From Candidatus Latescibacterota bacterium (GTDB lineage: Bacteria; Latescibacterota; UBA2968; GCA-2709665), in NCBI GenBank assembly GCA_965116875.1, contig OZ220733.1:4064001-4128000 (forward strand): a stretch of 64,000 bases of DNA, read 5' to 3'. This document shows, piece after piece, positions 27,558-37,929 of the stretch. Position numbers and translations under genes: made by a program. The notes beneath the pieces were generated by a model. It was not told where the DNA came from. It saw only the letters and a list, made by a program, of their open reading frames with translations, and ran no database searches. The first letter of the stretch is position 1. The number at the start of each line of letters is the position of its first letter.

Positions 27558-30095
27558 ATGGTCGGATCCTCTATGTCGAAAGATGCGCTATACGTCGTTC
27601 CCTTCTCGCGGTTGACGCTCTTCGGGATGGGCAGCAAAGAGGCCTGTCTGTCCCGCGGCGCGCAGATCATCTCTCAGGATCTTCGTCTGCTGGAGACCCG
27701 GGACGATTTCAGACTCCTGATTGAGAATTCGGTCCACCTGAGCGCTTTTCTCAAGATTTATCCCGAGGCTTCGGAGCGGATCCGTGCCGGGATTTCCTCG
27801 GGGCGCCTGGAATTGGGGGCCGCGTGGACCCAGATGGATCACCGGTTGTCCGCCGGCGAAGACCTCGTGCGAAATCTGATTTACGGCAAAGCCTTCGCTC
27901 ACGACGTGCTGGGCGCGGACCCTGAGGTCGTGAGTCTGGGAGACGGCGACGGCACAGCTTCTCAATACGTGCAGGTGGCCTCCGGATGCGGAGTCAGAAC
28001 AGTGGTACTGACGGGAGGCGGCTGGAGGCAGCCGGTTCTCTTCCGCTGGCGGGGGCCGGACGGTTCGGCGCTGGTCTGCTGGAACGGAACCGTGGGCGGC
28101 CGGTTGCTCTGGGAAGCAATTCGTGGAACGCCGCAGGCGAGGCGGGCTGCAACCGAGGCCATCGCCGAACAGCGACGGAAGTACGGAGGGAAGCTGCCGC
28201 TGCATTGGGGAGGACCGATGGTCCAAAGGAGCGAATCGGTCCTTGCGGAACTGACCGAGTGGGCGGAAGCCGAAGCGGTCGCCGTTGAACTGGGGACGCC
28301 ATCGGGAGCCATCCCGGGTTCCGCGCCTGAGCGGCGACTCGAGGAGATGCACGCCTGGATTCCGCCGGCGGGTCCGCCCCTCGAGCCGGTTTTTCCGGAC
28401 ACCGCGCCATTGAACGATACGGCCGTCTGCGCGCTGTCGCGCGCGGAACAGACGTCGGCAATGGCGGTTACGATTTCCTCGTTCGTGTATCCCGGGGCCG
28501 CCCTGGAAGCGGCGTGGCTCAAGCAACTCGAGGCGGCGTCGTACCGGTACGACGGCGCGGCCGCACGGGAGGGCCTGACGCGAAGGCGCAGCGACCAGCG
28601 GGCGGTGATTGCGACAGCGGCAGATATTGCGCGCGAAGCCGAAGTGAACATCGCGGAGAGGGTGATCCCCCGCGACGGTCCCGAAGGCAGAATGCCCATC
28701 GTGGTATTCAATCCGCTTTCATGGCCGAGAACCGACCTGGTGGAGGTACATGCCACGTTTTACGGAGCGGTGGAGGGGACCGACTTTTCCCGGTTTGAGA
28801 GGTACAAACTGGTGGATGCGTCGGGTCGAACCGTGCCGTTCCAGGAACTCGCGGGCAGACAGACGGAGACCGCCGAGGTACGTCTGATCTTCGTGGCGCG
28901 GCAGGTTCCGGCCAACGGATACGCCACCTGGTATCTCATACCAGGCGTTTTGGAAGCGCAGCCGCTTGTGGGCATCCAGCAGCCGGAGATGATGGCGCCG
29001 GGGCAGATGGCGCCAGAATTCCCTGAGCCCAGTTTCGTCCTTGAAGACGTAGAGGACCGCGTGTCCGAAGCATTCGGAGGCGTGCGGATCGGCCGCCGTT
29101 TCAGGGCGGCTTTCTTTGACCTCGAAGTTGACGAAATCACCGGGCGTGTGCGCGTTTCTGACAGAGTTGCGGACGTACCGCTGGTCGACGGAATCCATCT
29201 CATCGGTTCGGAAGACGCGCTGACCGACCGGGATGCCGTTACCGGCAGGCGGTTCGAGATGGCGGTTGAACGCGTCGATCTCGAAGAGAGCGGCGAGGTG
29301 CGGGCGACGGTGCTTGTGGCCGGGAAGCTGTTGTCGTCCCCCTGTGAGATCAGGTACCGGCTGTACGGTGCGCTGGACAGGGTGGACGTGGACCTCCGGC
29401 TCGAGTGGCGTGATCGGAAACCGGTACGGGTGCAGATGGTCTTTCCGGTTGCCGGGGGCACAATCAGGTATGGAACCCCGTACGGGCATCAGAAACTGGA
29501 GTGCGGCCCGGACGAGGCTGATTCCCGGCGTATCTGCCAGGGTTGGGTGGCGGTGGACGGACCCGATTGTGGATTCGTGCTTGCGTCGGACCGGAAGGCC
29601 TTTCAGTTCGGCCCCGGAGAAATGCGCGGAGAGGTCCTGCATTCCGGACTCGATCCGGCGTCGTATTCCTACAACGTCATCTGGCGCGGGTTTTCGGAAG
29701 CGGTGACGTGCAGGTATTCCATTCGGGCCTATCCGGGCGACTACGCCCGGGGAAACGCCTTCCAGGACGGTTGGAACCTCCGCCAGGGGCTGAACGCAAG
29801 GGTCGTGTATGACCTGGTTTCGGAGAAGTCATTGCCGGATCGCATGCAGTTCGTCACCCTCGAGGGCTCCGGGATTGTATGTGCGACGATAAAACAGGCA
29901 GAGGACGGCGACGGACTGATTCTGCGTGCGTACGAAACCGTCGGTAAACCCGGCGAAGGCCGGTTGGTCACAGGCCGCAACATCGTCTCCATTCACGAAA
30001 CGGACCTGATGGAACGCCGCGTTCGGGAACTGGATAGCGACGCCATCGGGTTCGCCCCCTTCGAAATCAAGACCCTTCGGGTCGTATTGAACTGA
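27558..30095 (+). CDS. GH38 alpha-mannosidase-like protein with degenerate N-terminal metal site
   Basis: GRLELG, GEDLVRNLIYGK, FRWRGPDGS, VVFNPLSWPR, VPA.GY, KQAEDGDGLILR.YE, PFEIKTL; start may be 27573. Confidence 0.8.
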   Translation: MVGSSMSKDALYVVPFSRLTLFGMGSKEACLSRGAQIISQDLRLLETRDDFRLLIENSVHLSAFLKIYPEASERIRAGISSGRLELGAAWTQMDHRLSAGEDLVRNLIYGKAFAHDVLGADPEVVSLGDGDGTASQYVQVASGCGVRTVVLTGGGWRQPVLFRWRGPDGSALVCWNGTVGGRLLWEAIRGTPQARRAATEAIAEQRRKYGGKLPLHWGGPMVQRSESVLAELTEWAEAEAVAVELGTPSGAIPGSAPERRLEEMHAWIPPAGPPLEPVFPDTAPLNDTAVCALSRAEQTSAMAVTISSFVYPGAALEAAWLKQLEAASYRYDGAAAREGLTRRRSDQRAVIATAADIAREAEVNIAERVIPRDGPEGRMPIVVFNPLSWPRTDLVEVHATFYGAVEGTDFSRFERYKLVDASGRTVPFQELAGRQTETAEVRLIFVARQVPANGYATWYLIPGVLEAQPLVGIQQPEMMAPGQMAPEFPEPSFVLEDVEDRVSEAFGGVRIGRRFRAAFFDLEVDEITGRVRVSDRVADVPLVDGIHLIGSEDALTDRDAVTGRRFEMAVERVDLEESGEVRATVLVAGKLLSSPCEIRYRLYGALDRVDVDLRLEWRDRKPVRVQMVFPVAGGTIRYGTPYGHQKLECGPDEADSRRICQGWVAVDGPDCGFVLASDRKAFQFGPGEMRGEVLHSGLDPASYSYNVIWRGFSEAVTCRYSIRAYPGDYARGNAFQDGWNLRQGLNARVVYDLVSEKSLPDRMQFVTLEGSGIVCATIKQAEDGDGLILRAYETVGKPGEGRLVTGRNIVSIHETDLMERRVRELDSDAIGFAPFEIKTLRVVLN

Positions 30096-30222
30096 CGTCC
30101 GTCGAACAGGAGGCGGCCAGCGCCGTTCCCCGCAGGACCGGCAGGGTGCGGTGCACAACTTGCCGGCATGCTTCCAGTCAAACCCCTGAGGAACGTACGA
30201 TCATACGGAGGAGGTGTCTCCC

Positions 30223-30951
30223 ATGGCGAACATCGAGGTGCCGGTACGTTTTTACAAGGACTATCCCGGCGGTTACGAATACGGATACGAGGATCTGAAA
30301 TTGCCGTTCGAGCGGTGCTGTTTCCTCCTTGTGGACGTGGATGGCGCCTATTCATACAAGGGTGAAAGAGTGCCGCATCCGACAACGCGAAACTGCATTG
30401 CGCCCGCCCTCGAAGCGGCCAGAGCAGCAGGAATGAAAGTCGCTTATGTGCACAACGACCTGAGGCTGGTGGCGGACCCGGGTTGTATTGCGGGCCAGTT
30501 CTGGAGCAGAACCAAAGTGCCCAACGGCGACGTGATGGAGAGCTGGACGAAACGGCCGGACTATGAACCGGTCTACGTGGATTGCGTGGCGCCCCGCCCG
30601 GGCGAGCCGAATTTCCCCAAATGGATGTGGAGCGGATTTCGCGATACGTTTCTCGATCAGAGGCTGCGTTCCTGGGGCATCGAGAATCTGTTTGTGGTGG
30701 GTTACAGCCGCCGGGCGTGCCTGCACTATACGTGCGCGGAGGCGATGGGACACAATTATCGTGTGATCCTCTTGCGTGACTGTTCCAATCCGCCCGGAGA
30801 AATCGAGTTTCCGGATACCCTGGACGACAGCCTGCCGGAGGGGGGATGGGTGAACCGGATGATGCTCCGCCAGTTCGAGCACCTGATCGGTTTCACCACC
30901 ACGTCCGCCGAGTTCGTGGCCTCGTGTGAAAAACTGGAGAAGCCGGCATGA
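30223..30951 (+). CDS. Isochorismatase/cysteine hydrolase family protein
   Basis: LLVDV, PK..WSGF.DT.LD..LR..GI, VGYS..AC..YT (D-K-C triad); GGAGG RBS. Confidence 0.82.
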   Translation: MANIEVPVRFYKDYPGGYEYGYEDLKLPFERCCFLLVDVDGAYSYKGERVPHPTTRNCIAPALEAARAAGMKVAYVHNDLRLVADPGCIAGQFWSRTKVPNGDVMESWTKRPDYEPVYVDCVAPRPGEPNFPKWMWSGFRDTFLDQRLRSWGIENLFVVGYSRRACLHYTCAEAMGHNYRVILLRDCSNPPGEIEFPDTLDDSLPEGGWVNRMMLRQFEHLIGFTTTSAEFVASCEKLEKPA

Positions 30952-32069
30952 AAATCCGGGACATCGACTCGATCTTGATCAACTCGCCCGGCCGGAAGTG
31001 GACAATCGTACGGGTGCATACGGACGAAGGGCTGGTGGGACTGGGCGAGGCCACCTACTCGCAGAAAGAGCCGGTGGTGGTTTCCGCCCTCGAACATATG
31101 AAGCGGGAACTCGTGGGGGAAGATGCGTCCCGGATCGAGTACCTTTGGCACAAGATCTACCGGATTTCGTCGATCAGCGGCATCTGGCGGATGGTGGGTC
31201 CGGTCTGGATGAGCGCCCTGAGCGGAATCGATCAGGCCCTGTGGGACCTTAAAGGGAAGGCTGCGAACCTCCCGCTGGTGGAGTTGCTGGGAGGAAGATT
31301 CCGTGACAGGGTACGTGTGTATACACATTTCGGCGGCGCGACACCGGAAGCGTCGGCGAAGCACGCCAGGTTCTGGGCGGACAGGGGATACCGGGCGCTG
31401 AAGACCGGTGCGCGATCGAATACCGGGCGCCCCTTCGAGTTCTACCTGGACGACGGCGCACCGGACGAAACGGCGGCGGTTTTCGCTGCCGCCAGGGAAG
31501 CGGTTGGTCCGGACGTGGACCTTCTGGTAGACTGTCACGGACGGTTTACGGTTGGAGGGGCCGTCCGGCTGGCCCGCGCGCTGGAACCCTATGGTCTGTT
31601 CTGTTTTGAAGACCCGGTTCCTCCCGAAGACCTCTCCGCATATCCGAAAGTGAGAAGCCGGACTTCCATTCCAATTATGGGCAGCGAACGGCTGAACACC
31701 AAGACACAGTACCGGCAACTGCTGGAACTGGATGGAATCGATATCGCGCAGCCCGACCTCATCTATGCGGGCGGAATCACGGAGGTGAAGAAGATCGCGG
31801 CGATTGCAGATACCTATCACGTTCCGATTTCCTTTCACAATACGAAGGGGCCTGTGGGTATACTGGCTGCAGCCCATCTGCTGGCTTCCATCCCGAACGA
31901 AGCGCCGATGGAGTTTGTCACGGGAATCGAGTGGCGAGATGAGATTCTGGTCGAACCTCTGAAGATCGAAGATGGTTGCCTCGTCGTGCCGGAGGGACCG
32001 GGACTGGGAGTTGAATTGAACATGGAGGGCGTGGAGAAATATCGTTGGCGCGTGGGAGACCCCTATTGA
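30948..32069 (+). CDS. Mandelate racemase/enolase-superfamily acid-sugar dehydratase (DgoD-like)
   Basis: TDEGLVGLGEA, ALSGIDQALWDLKGK, VDCHGR, FEDP, GSER, QPD, GGITE..KIA, PGLG. Confidence 0.9.
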   Translation: MKIRDIDSILINSPGRKWTIVRVHTDEGLVGLGEATYSQKEPVVVSALEHMKRELVGEDASRIEYLWHKIYRISSISGIWRMVGPVWMSALSGIDQALWDLKGKAANLPLVELLGGRFRDRVRVYTHFGGATPEASAKHARFWADRGYRALKTGARSNTGRPFEFYLDDGAPDETAAVFAAAREAVGPDVDLLVDCHGRFTVGGAVRLARALEPYGLFCFEDPVPPEDLSAYPKVRSRTSIPIMGSERLNTKTQYRQLLELDGIDIAQPDLIYAGGITEVKKIAAIADTYHVPISFHNTKGPVGILAAAHLLASIPNEAPMEFVTGIEWRDEILVEPLKIEDGCLVVPEGPGLGVELNMEGVEKYRWRVGDPY

Positions 32070-32150
32070 ACGGAGGGCGGGCGCCTGATCCGGCCACAGA
32101 GGCCGGCTGCAGGAAACAACGCTCAATCGCATTCCGGAAGCGTACAGACC

Positions 32151-33767
32151 ATGCTTGACGTTCTGATCCGAGATGCCGGTGTCATCGATGGAACCGGTGC
32201 GGAAGCCTTTGCCGGCGACGTGGGTATCGAAGGGGACAGCATCGCAGCCGTAGGGGATGTATCGGGCCCGGCCAGGGTCGAGATCGACGCCGCAGGGTTG
32301 ACAGCGGCGCCGGGATTCATCGACATCCATACCCACTCGGACTACAGCCTGCTGATCGACGGGCGGGGCGAGAGTGCGCTCTATCAGGGCGTGACGACTC
32401 ACGTATGCGGAAACTGCGGCATTTCGGCATTTCCCGTGGGGGGGAACGGGTTCTATTTCGGCCCGTTCGACTCGGCTCGGCTGCGGTCTGCGGTCGCCGG
32501 GGACTGGGCTTCCGCGGCAGGATATTTCAACGTTCTGGAGCGGCAGGGCGTGGCCATCAATGCCGCATTTTTTGTGGGCCATGGCGCGGTCCGGCACACG
32601 GTGATGGGGCAATCCACCCATCCGCCCGCGCGGCACGAATTGGAGGGAATGAAAGTGCTGGTGGATGCCCAGATGGCCGAGGGAGCGCTTGGGTTGTCCA
32701 CCGGATTGACCTACATGCCGGGCAGCAGCGCGAAGACAGACGAGATTGTCGAGCTGGCTGCCGTGACCGCCCCGTACGGCGGAATATACGCGACGCACAT
32801 GCGCAACTATACCGCCTCTATAATGGATGCGTTGGAGGAGGCGATTCTGATCGGAGCGGAAGCGGCCGTTCCGGTTCACGCCTCCCACATAACGCCATGT
32901 CCGCCGGCTACGGGCTCATCGGCCCGTCTGCTGGATCGGATCGAACGCGCACAAGCGGAAGGGCAGGATGTAACGGCCGAGACGGAGTTCTATGCGACCG
33001 GATCCACGTCGCTCAAGTCTCTCCTGCCGCCGTGGGCGCTGGAGGGCGGAAACCGGATGATGGCGGAACGATTGAAGGCGGTCCCACAGCGGCGTCGAAT
33101 GTGGCGACAGATTCAGGAAAGCGGGTCGGAACTCGGTGGGAGTACGAAGACGGTCTTGATGCAGCGCGGTCTCTGGAACAAACTCTGGCTGGGAAACTGC
33201 GCCGTGAACGCGTCGCTCACGGGCCGGACCTTTGCTGAAATCGGTCGTATTCGGAATACGCACCCGTTCGACGCAATCTGCGACGTTCTGATCGAAGAGG
33301 GCGGCGCCGCCAGTTTCTACGGCGAGGACAAGGCCGACCGGGATATCGACTGTCTCGCACAAGGCAAGTATTGCGGTGTGGGTTCCGACGGGCTGGCGAT
33401 GGCCGATAACGGTCCGCTGGCGGACGAAAGGGAACATCCCCGTTGTTACGGTGGCATGGCGTATCTGATCCGGACGTTGGTACGTGAACGGGGGGTAATG
33501 TCCATTGAGTCCCTCGTGCAAAAGCTCACGCGATTCCCGGCCGAGCGGATGGGGTTTGCGGACCGGGGCCTTGTTCAGGAAGGAAAAAAGGCGGACCTGG
33601 TCCTGTTCGATCCCGATTCCATGCTGGACCGGGCGACAATCCAGAATCCCTGTCTCTATTCGGAAGGAGTCCGCTGGCTTTTCGTCAACGGCATTGCCGC
33701 AATTGAGGACGGCAGGGCAACGGGAATGAGAGGCGGCAGGGTTTTGCGGCGTGAGCATTTCCAGTAG
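32151..33767 (+). CDS. N-acyl-D-amino-acid deacylase (amidohydrolase)
   Basis: IDGTG, APGFIDIHTHSD, GNCG, GLSTGL.Y.PG, THMR, GSDG, HPR.YG, ADLVLFD. Confidence 0.92.
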   Translation: MLDVLIRDAGVIDGTGAEAFAGDVGIEGDSIAAVGDVSGPARVEIDAAGLTAAPGFIDIHTHSDYSLLIDGRGESALYQGVTTHVCGNCGISAFPVGGNGFYFGPFDSARLRSAVAGDWASAAGYFNVLERQGVAINAAFFVGHGAVRHTVMGQSTHPPARHELEGMKVLVDAQMAEGALGLSTGLTYMPGSSAKTDEIVELAAVTAPYGGIYATHMRNYTASIMDALEEAILIGAEAAVPVHASHITPCPPATGSSARLLDRIERAQAEGQDVTAETEFYATGSTSLKSLLPPWALEGGNRMMAERLKAVPQRRRMWRQIQESGSELGGSTKTVLMQRGLWNKLWLGNCAVNASLTGRTFAEIGRIRNTHPFDAICDVLIEEGGAASFYGEDKADRDIDCLAQGKYCGVGSDGLAMADNGPLADEREHPRCYGGMAYLIRTLVRERGVMSIESLVQKLTRFPAERMGFADRGLVQEGKKADLVLFDPDSMLDRATIQNPCLYSEGVRWLFVNGIAAIEDGRATGMRGGRVLRREHFQ

Positions 33768-33781
33768 CTGATCATCCAGGT

Positions 33782-36139
33782 ATGCGATCCGAACACATCA
33801 CCTCAGGCGAATTCGAACGGTTCCCGTCCACGGGCCGGAAGGACGTTGGCGTCCGTTCCGGACCAACGCCGTGGATTCGGATTGTCGCGTGCGTCATGCT
33901 GGGTTTCGGCGCAGGCGCCGGCGTTGCAGATGGCGCGGCGCAGGCCACTTTCCAGGACAGTGTGGAGATTTTCCTTCCCGAGGAACCGCTGGATTCGCTC
34001 CTCGAGCGGTATGGCGATCTGCTGTTCATTCCGCCTGAAGGCAACGCCCGGATTCTGAGGGACCGCTACGGCGTGCCTCACATATACGGCAAGCGGGACG
34101 TCGACGTCGCGTTCGGTTTCGGTTACGCGCAGGCCCAGGATCACCTGGTTCCCATGTTACTGAACTATCGGGCGGCCGCGGGTACGGCCTCGGAAGTGCT
34201 TGGCGCCGGTCATCTGGACGGCGACGAACGGGCGCTGCTCTGGCGAATCCGGAGCGTGGCCGTTGCAGGATACGGCGCGCTGCCTCGCGAAACCCGGAAC
34301 CTGATCGGCGCATTCGCCGACGGCGTGAACCATTATATCGACGTCTACCGGGACGAGCTGCCGGACTGGGTCGTCCATATCGGCGGTACGGACGTCGTGG
34401 CGTTGTCCCGGTGGCTGGTCATGTTGTTTGCGGAACGTGCAGGGTTGCTCGAATTGCAGGAGAAAGGGCTGACTCCGTTGCTGCGCACGCGCGCGACGTC
34501 GAATATGTGGGTCCTTGGCGGTTCACGGACCGCCGGCGGATATCCTGTTTTCGTGATGGACGTGCATTTGCCGTGGCGAGCGCCCTTTCAACCGTACGAG
34601 GCGCACCTTGTCAGCCGCGAGGGATTGAACGTGTCCGGGGTGACCCTGTTCGGCATTCCGGTCATTCTGGCGGGCCACAACCGGCACATGGCGTGGTCGC
34701 TGGCGGCGAACGAGGCGGATGTTTTCGATCTGTACGAATTGAAACTGGATCCCGCGAACCGGAGAAGGTATGTATTCGAGAAGGAAAAGAGGCGGATGTC
34801 GTCGAGGCGCGTGCAGATCCGGGTCGGGGAACCTCAGGGCATCCGCGAGGTCGAGCGCGAGTTGCTCTATTCCCACCACGGCCCGGTCTACAAGGCCGGT
34901 GACGATCGGGCCTATGCGGGACGGTGCAGCGCCGAGGACGTCGTCAATACCATAGGGCAGTTCTATGCGATCAATCGGGCCCGCGACCCGGATGTGTTCG
35001 AAAGCGCGTTACGGATGCTCCAGCTTCCCATGTTCCACGTCCTGTACGGCGACGTGAATGGACGGATGCTATATGTGTACAGCGCGCGAAGCCCGGTCCG
35101 GGCCGAGGCGTTCGACTGGCAGCGTCCCGTTCCCGGCTGGGTTCCGGATACGGAGTGGCGGGGCATCATGGGCTACGAGCGGCTTCCGCGAATCCTGAAT
35201 CCGAGGGCGGACTTCCTGCAGAACTGCAATGTCGCGCCGGATTTCGTAACCCACAACAGCGGGCTCAAACACACGGACTTTCCTCCTTTCATGGGCTGGG
35301 GCGGGCTGGACGACCGGGGCCAGCGTCTGCTGACCTGGCTGTCTGCCAACCGGAAAGCGACGATGCGTCAGGTGAAGGCGCTGGCCCGAGATCCGTACCT
35401 GATCGTGGCGGAGGAACTGAAGGGCATCATTCTCAGCGCATATAATCGAACGTGGTGGGAAATCTACGACCCGGAGAGACAACTGGCCTTCGCCGTGGAA
35501 CTTCTGCGCGGCTGGGACAACCGGGCGTCGGTCGACAGCCGCGCGACATTGTTGTTCACGGAATGGAAAGCGAGATTTTACGAGCTTGGTTCAGAGTTAT
35601 CGCCGGAGCAGTTGGATCGTCTTCCCGTTCTGGAGAAACTGGCGCTCGACGCATTGAGAATGACGGTCGAGCATATGATGACGACCTACGGCCGGCTGGA
35701 CGTGCCATGGGGCGAAGTGCACGTGATTCAGCGGGGCGAACGACGGTTCCCGGTGGGCGGTTCCGCGCCAGGCACGCAGGCCTTGCATACGACGTGGTCC
35801 ACGCCGGGCGAGGACGGCCTGTTCCGCGTCGAAGGCGGATCGGCCTATACAATGGTTGTTGAACTGGCGGATACGCTCCGGTCCTGGAGTCTTCAGTCCT
35901 TTGGCAACAGTGAGAATCCCGAATCGGACAACTATCACGATCAGGCAGCGATGCAGGCAACGGGCGAACTCAAGCCCTTCCGGCTTGACAACGAAGAGAT
36001 CCATGCAGACCTGCGGTCTGTGGTAACCGTGCCGCTCGAGCAGGGGGACATCGACCGGGAGCAGTTTCGCATTCGCTGGAGATTGAAGTCGGCGTCGGAG
36101 GAGATGGTCGAACCGGCGCCTGACGACGGAGGCGGTTGA
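33782..36139 (+). CDS. Penicillin acylase family (S45 Ntn-hydrolase), probably exported
   Basis: ILRDRYGVPHIYG, FGFGYAQAQD, SNMW nucleophile, HLPW, HHGPV, QNCN, PWGEV; start uncertain. Confidence 0.92.
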   Translation: MRSEHITSGEFERFPSTGRKDVGVRSGPTPWIRIVACVMLGFGAGAGVADGAAQATFQDSVEIFLPEEPLDSLLERYGDLLFIPPEGNARILRDRYGVPHIYGKRDVDVAFGFGYAQAQDHLVPMLLNYRAAAGTASEVLGAGHLDGDERALLWRIRSVAVAGYGALPRETRNLIGAFADGVNHYIDVYRDELPDWVVHIGGTDVVALSRWLVMLFAERAGLLELQEKGLTPLLRTRATSNMWVLGGSRTAGGYPVFVMDVHLPWRAPFQPYEAHLVSREGLNVSGVTLFGIPVILAGHNRHMAWSLAANEADVFDLYELKLDPANRRRYVFEKEKRRMSSRRVQIRVGEPQGIREVERELLYSHHGPVYKAGDDRAYAGRCSAEDVVNTIGQFYAINRARDPDVFESALRMLQLPMFHVLYGDVNGRMLYVYSARSPVRAEAFDWQRPVPGWVPDTEWRGIMGYERLPRILNPRADFLQNCNVAPDFVTHNSGLKHTDFPPFMGWGGLDDRGQRLLTWLSANRKATMRQVKALARDPYLIVAEELKGIILSAYNRTWWEIYDPERQLAFAVELLRGWDNRASVDSRATLLFTEWKARFYELGSELSPEQLDRLPVLEKLALDALRMTVEHMMTTYGRLDVPWGEVHVIQRGERRFPVGGSAPGTQALHTTWSTPGEDGLFRVEGGSAYTMVVELADTLRSWSLQSFGNSENPESDNYHDQAAMQATGELKPFRLDNEEIHADLRSVVTVPLEQGDIDREQFRIRWRLKSASEEMVEPAPDDGGG

Positions 36140-36142
36140 ATC

Positions 36143-36910
36143 GTGTTGCCCAGCATGCGCCTGGAGGACAAGGTCGTGATGGTGACGGGCGCCGGCTCCG
36201 GCATCGGCAGGGCCGTGGCCATAGCCGTGGCCGAGGCCGGGGCGCATTGTGTGCCTTGTGAATTGCCGGAGAGGACCGAAGACCTGAAGGCCGTCTGCAC
36301 CGAGATCGAACGTCTGGAACGGCGTGCGCTGCCCGTATCCCTGCGCCTGCCGGACCTGGACAGCATCGAGTTGGCCGTTGAGAGGGCCGTGACGGAGATG
36401 GGGCGGATCGACGTGCTGGTGAACAACGCCGGCGTGAATGTACCCAGAGACGCGCTGGAGGTCGACGAAGCGGACTGGGACACCGTGATGGACGTGAATC
36501 TGAAGGGGTTGTTCTTCATGTCCCAGCGCGCCGGACGCAGGATGGTGAACGCCGGCGGCGGCAAGATCGTCAATATCGCCTCGCAGAACGGAGTGATCGG
36601 GTACTATCGCCGCGCGGCCTACTGTTCCAGCAAAGCCGGCGTGGTGAATCTGACCCGCGTGTTGGCGCTCGAGTGGGCGCCCCACGGAATCACCGTAAAC
36701 GCCGTGGGCCCCACGTTTATCCTGACGCCCCTCACGCAGTCCACATTCGACGATCCGGCGCTTCGGGAGGATCTGTTGAAGCGGATACCGCTGGGGCGGG
36801 TGGGCCGGCCGGAAGACGTCGTGGGCGCCGTGGTTTTCCTTGCAAGCCCGGCCGCGGATCTGGTCACGGGGCATACGCTTCTGGTTGATGGAGGCTGGAC
36901 GGCGGTATAA
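36143..36910 (+). CDS. SDR oxidoreductase (KduD/gluconate-5-dehydrogenase-like)
   Basis: TGAGSGIG, LVNNAG, NIAS, YCSSK, VNAVGP, VDGGW. Confidence 0.93.
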   Translation: MLPSMRLEDKVVMVTGAGSGIGRAVAIAVAEAGAHCVPCELPERTEDLKAVCTEIERLERRALPVSLRLPDLDSIELAVERAVTEMGRIDVLVNNAGVNVPRDALEVDEADWDTVMDVNLKGLFFMSQRAGRRMVNAGGGKIVNIASQNGVIGYYRRAAYCSSKAGVVNLTRVLALEWAPHGITVNAVGPTFILTPLTQSTFDDPALREDLLKRIPLGRVGRPEDVVGAVVFLASPAADLVTGHTLLVDGGWTAV

Positions 36911-36963
36911 GACCGGCCAGAGGTGCGCCCCGAATACTGCACCCATTTGAACGGGTTGGACGA

Positions 36964-37929
36964 ATGGATTCGCTTGGGATATCCGCCGTCACGGTCATTG
37001 GAGCGGGAACCATGGGCTCCGGAATCGCCGGTATGTTCGCTCGGGCGGGATGTCACGTCCGCCTTGTCGACCTGAGCGATGAGCTTCTGGATCAGGCACT
37101 CGCGCGTCTGCGGTCGAGTCAGGAGGCTCTCGTTGAAGCGGGCCTGCTTCTCCCGCGAGACGCAAACGCCTCCATCGCACGGGTGATGCCGACAACGGAT
37201 CCGGCCGAAGCGTGTGACGGGACGGATTTTCTGCTGGAGGCGGTGACCGAAGACCTGGCATTGAAGCTGGAGTTGTTCGCGGCATTTGACAGACTCTGCC
37301 CGGACGAGACCATTCTGGCCACCAATACGTCGGGCCTGTCCGTGACCGCCATTGCGGCTGCGACCGCTCGACCGGACAGGGTGGGGGGTATGCACTTCTG
37401 GAACCCCCCACATCTGATTCCGCTGGTGGAAGTCATACGCGCCGACGCGACCTCCGACAATACGGCGGAACGACTGAAAGCGGTCGCCCTGAGTCTGAAC
37501 AAGAAACCGGTCATGGTCAGGCGTGACATTCCGGGATTCGTGGGCAACCGCCTGCAATTCGCCGTGGTTCGGGAGGCGCTGCACCTGCTGCAGGAGGGGG
37601 TGGCTTCCGCTCAGGATATAGATACGGCGATGACGGCGGGCCCCGGCCTTCGTTACAGTTTTCTGGGGCCGCTGCGCACCGCCGACCTGGGCGGGCTGGA
37701 CGTGTTCAGAGCCATCAGCAGCTATCTGTTCGCCAGGCTGAGCGTGGACCAGGAGGCGCCCGAGGCGTTACGTACGCTCGTAGAGTCGGGAAACCTGGGC
37801 GCCAAGTCGGGCTCGGGGTTTTACCGCTATTCCGACGCGGATCCCGGTGAGTCTATACGGCATCGGGACCGGATCCTGTTGAAGTTGACGGAAGTCCTGG
37901 AAGCGGAAGAGGGTATGAAGAATGGCTGA
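36964..37929 (+). CDS. 3-hydroxyacyl-CoA dehydrogenase family protein
   Basis: VIGAGTMGSGIA, EAVTE, ATNTSG, GMHFWNPP..IPLVEV, PGFVGNRLQ, GPL..ADL.GLD, GAKSG.GFY. Confidence 0.93.
   Translation: MDSLGISAVTVIGAGTMGSGIAGMFARAGCHVRLVDLSDELLDQALARLRSSQEALVEAGLLLPRDANASIARVMPTTDPAEACDGTDFLLEAVTEDLALKLELFAAFDRLCPDETILATNTSGLSVTAIAAATARPDRVGGMHFWNPPHLIPLVEVIRADATSDNTAERLKAVALSLNKKPVMVRRDIPGFVGNRLQFAVVREALHLLQEGVASAQDIDTAMTAGPGLRYSFLGPLRTADLGGLDVFRAISSYLFARLSVDQEAPEALRTLVESGNLGAKSGSGFYRYSDADPGESIRHRDRILLKLTEVLEAEEGMKNG

Noticed and set aside
30756-32888. 710-aa minus-strand ORF, and similar long antisense ORFs at 593-1759, 5646-7100, 12023-13576, 35597-36946, 53562-55019 and 56543-57928
   Set aside because: They are shadows of well-supported opposite-strand genes in GC-rich DNA and show no recognisable motifs.
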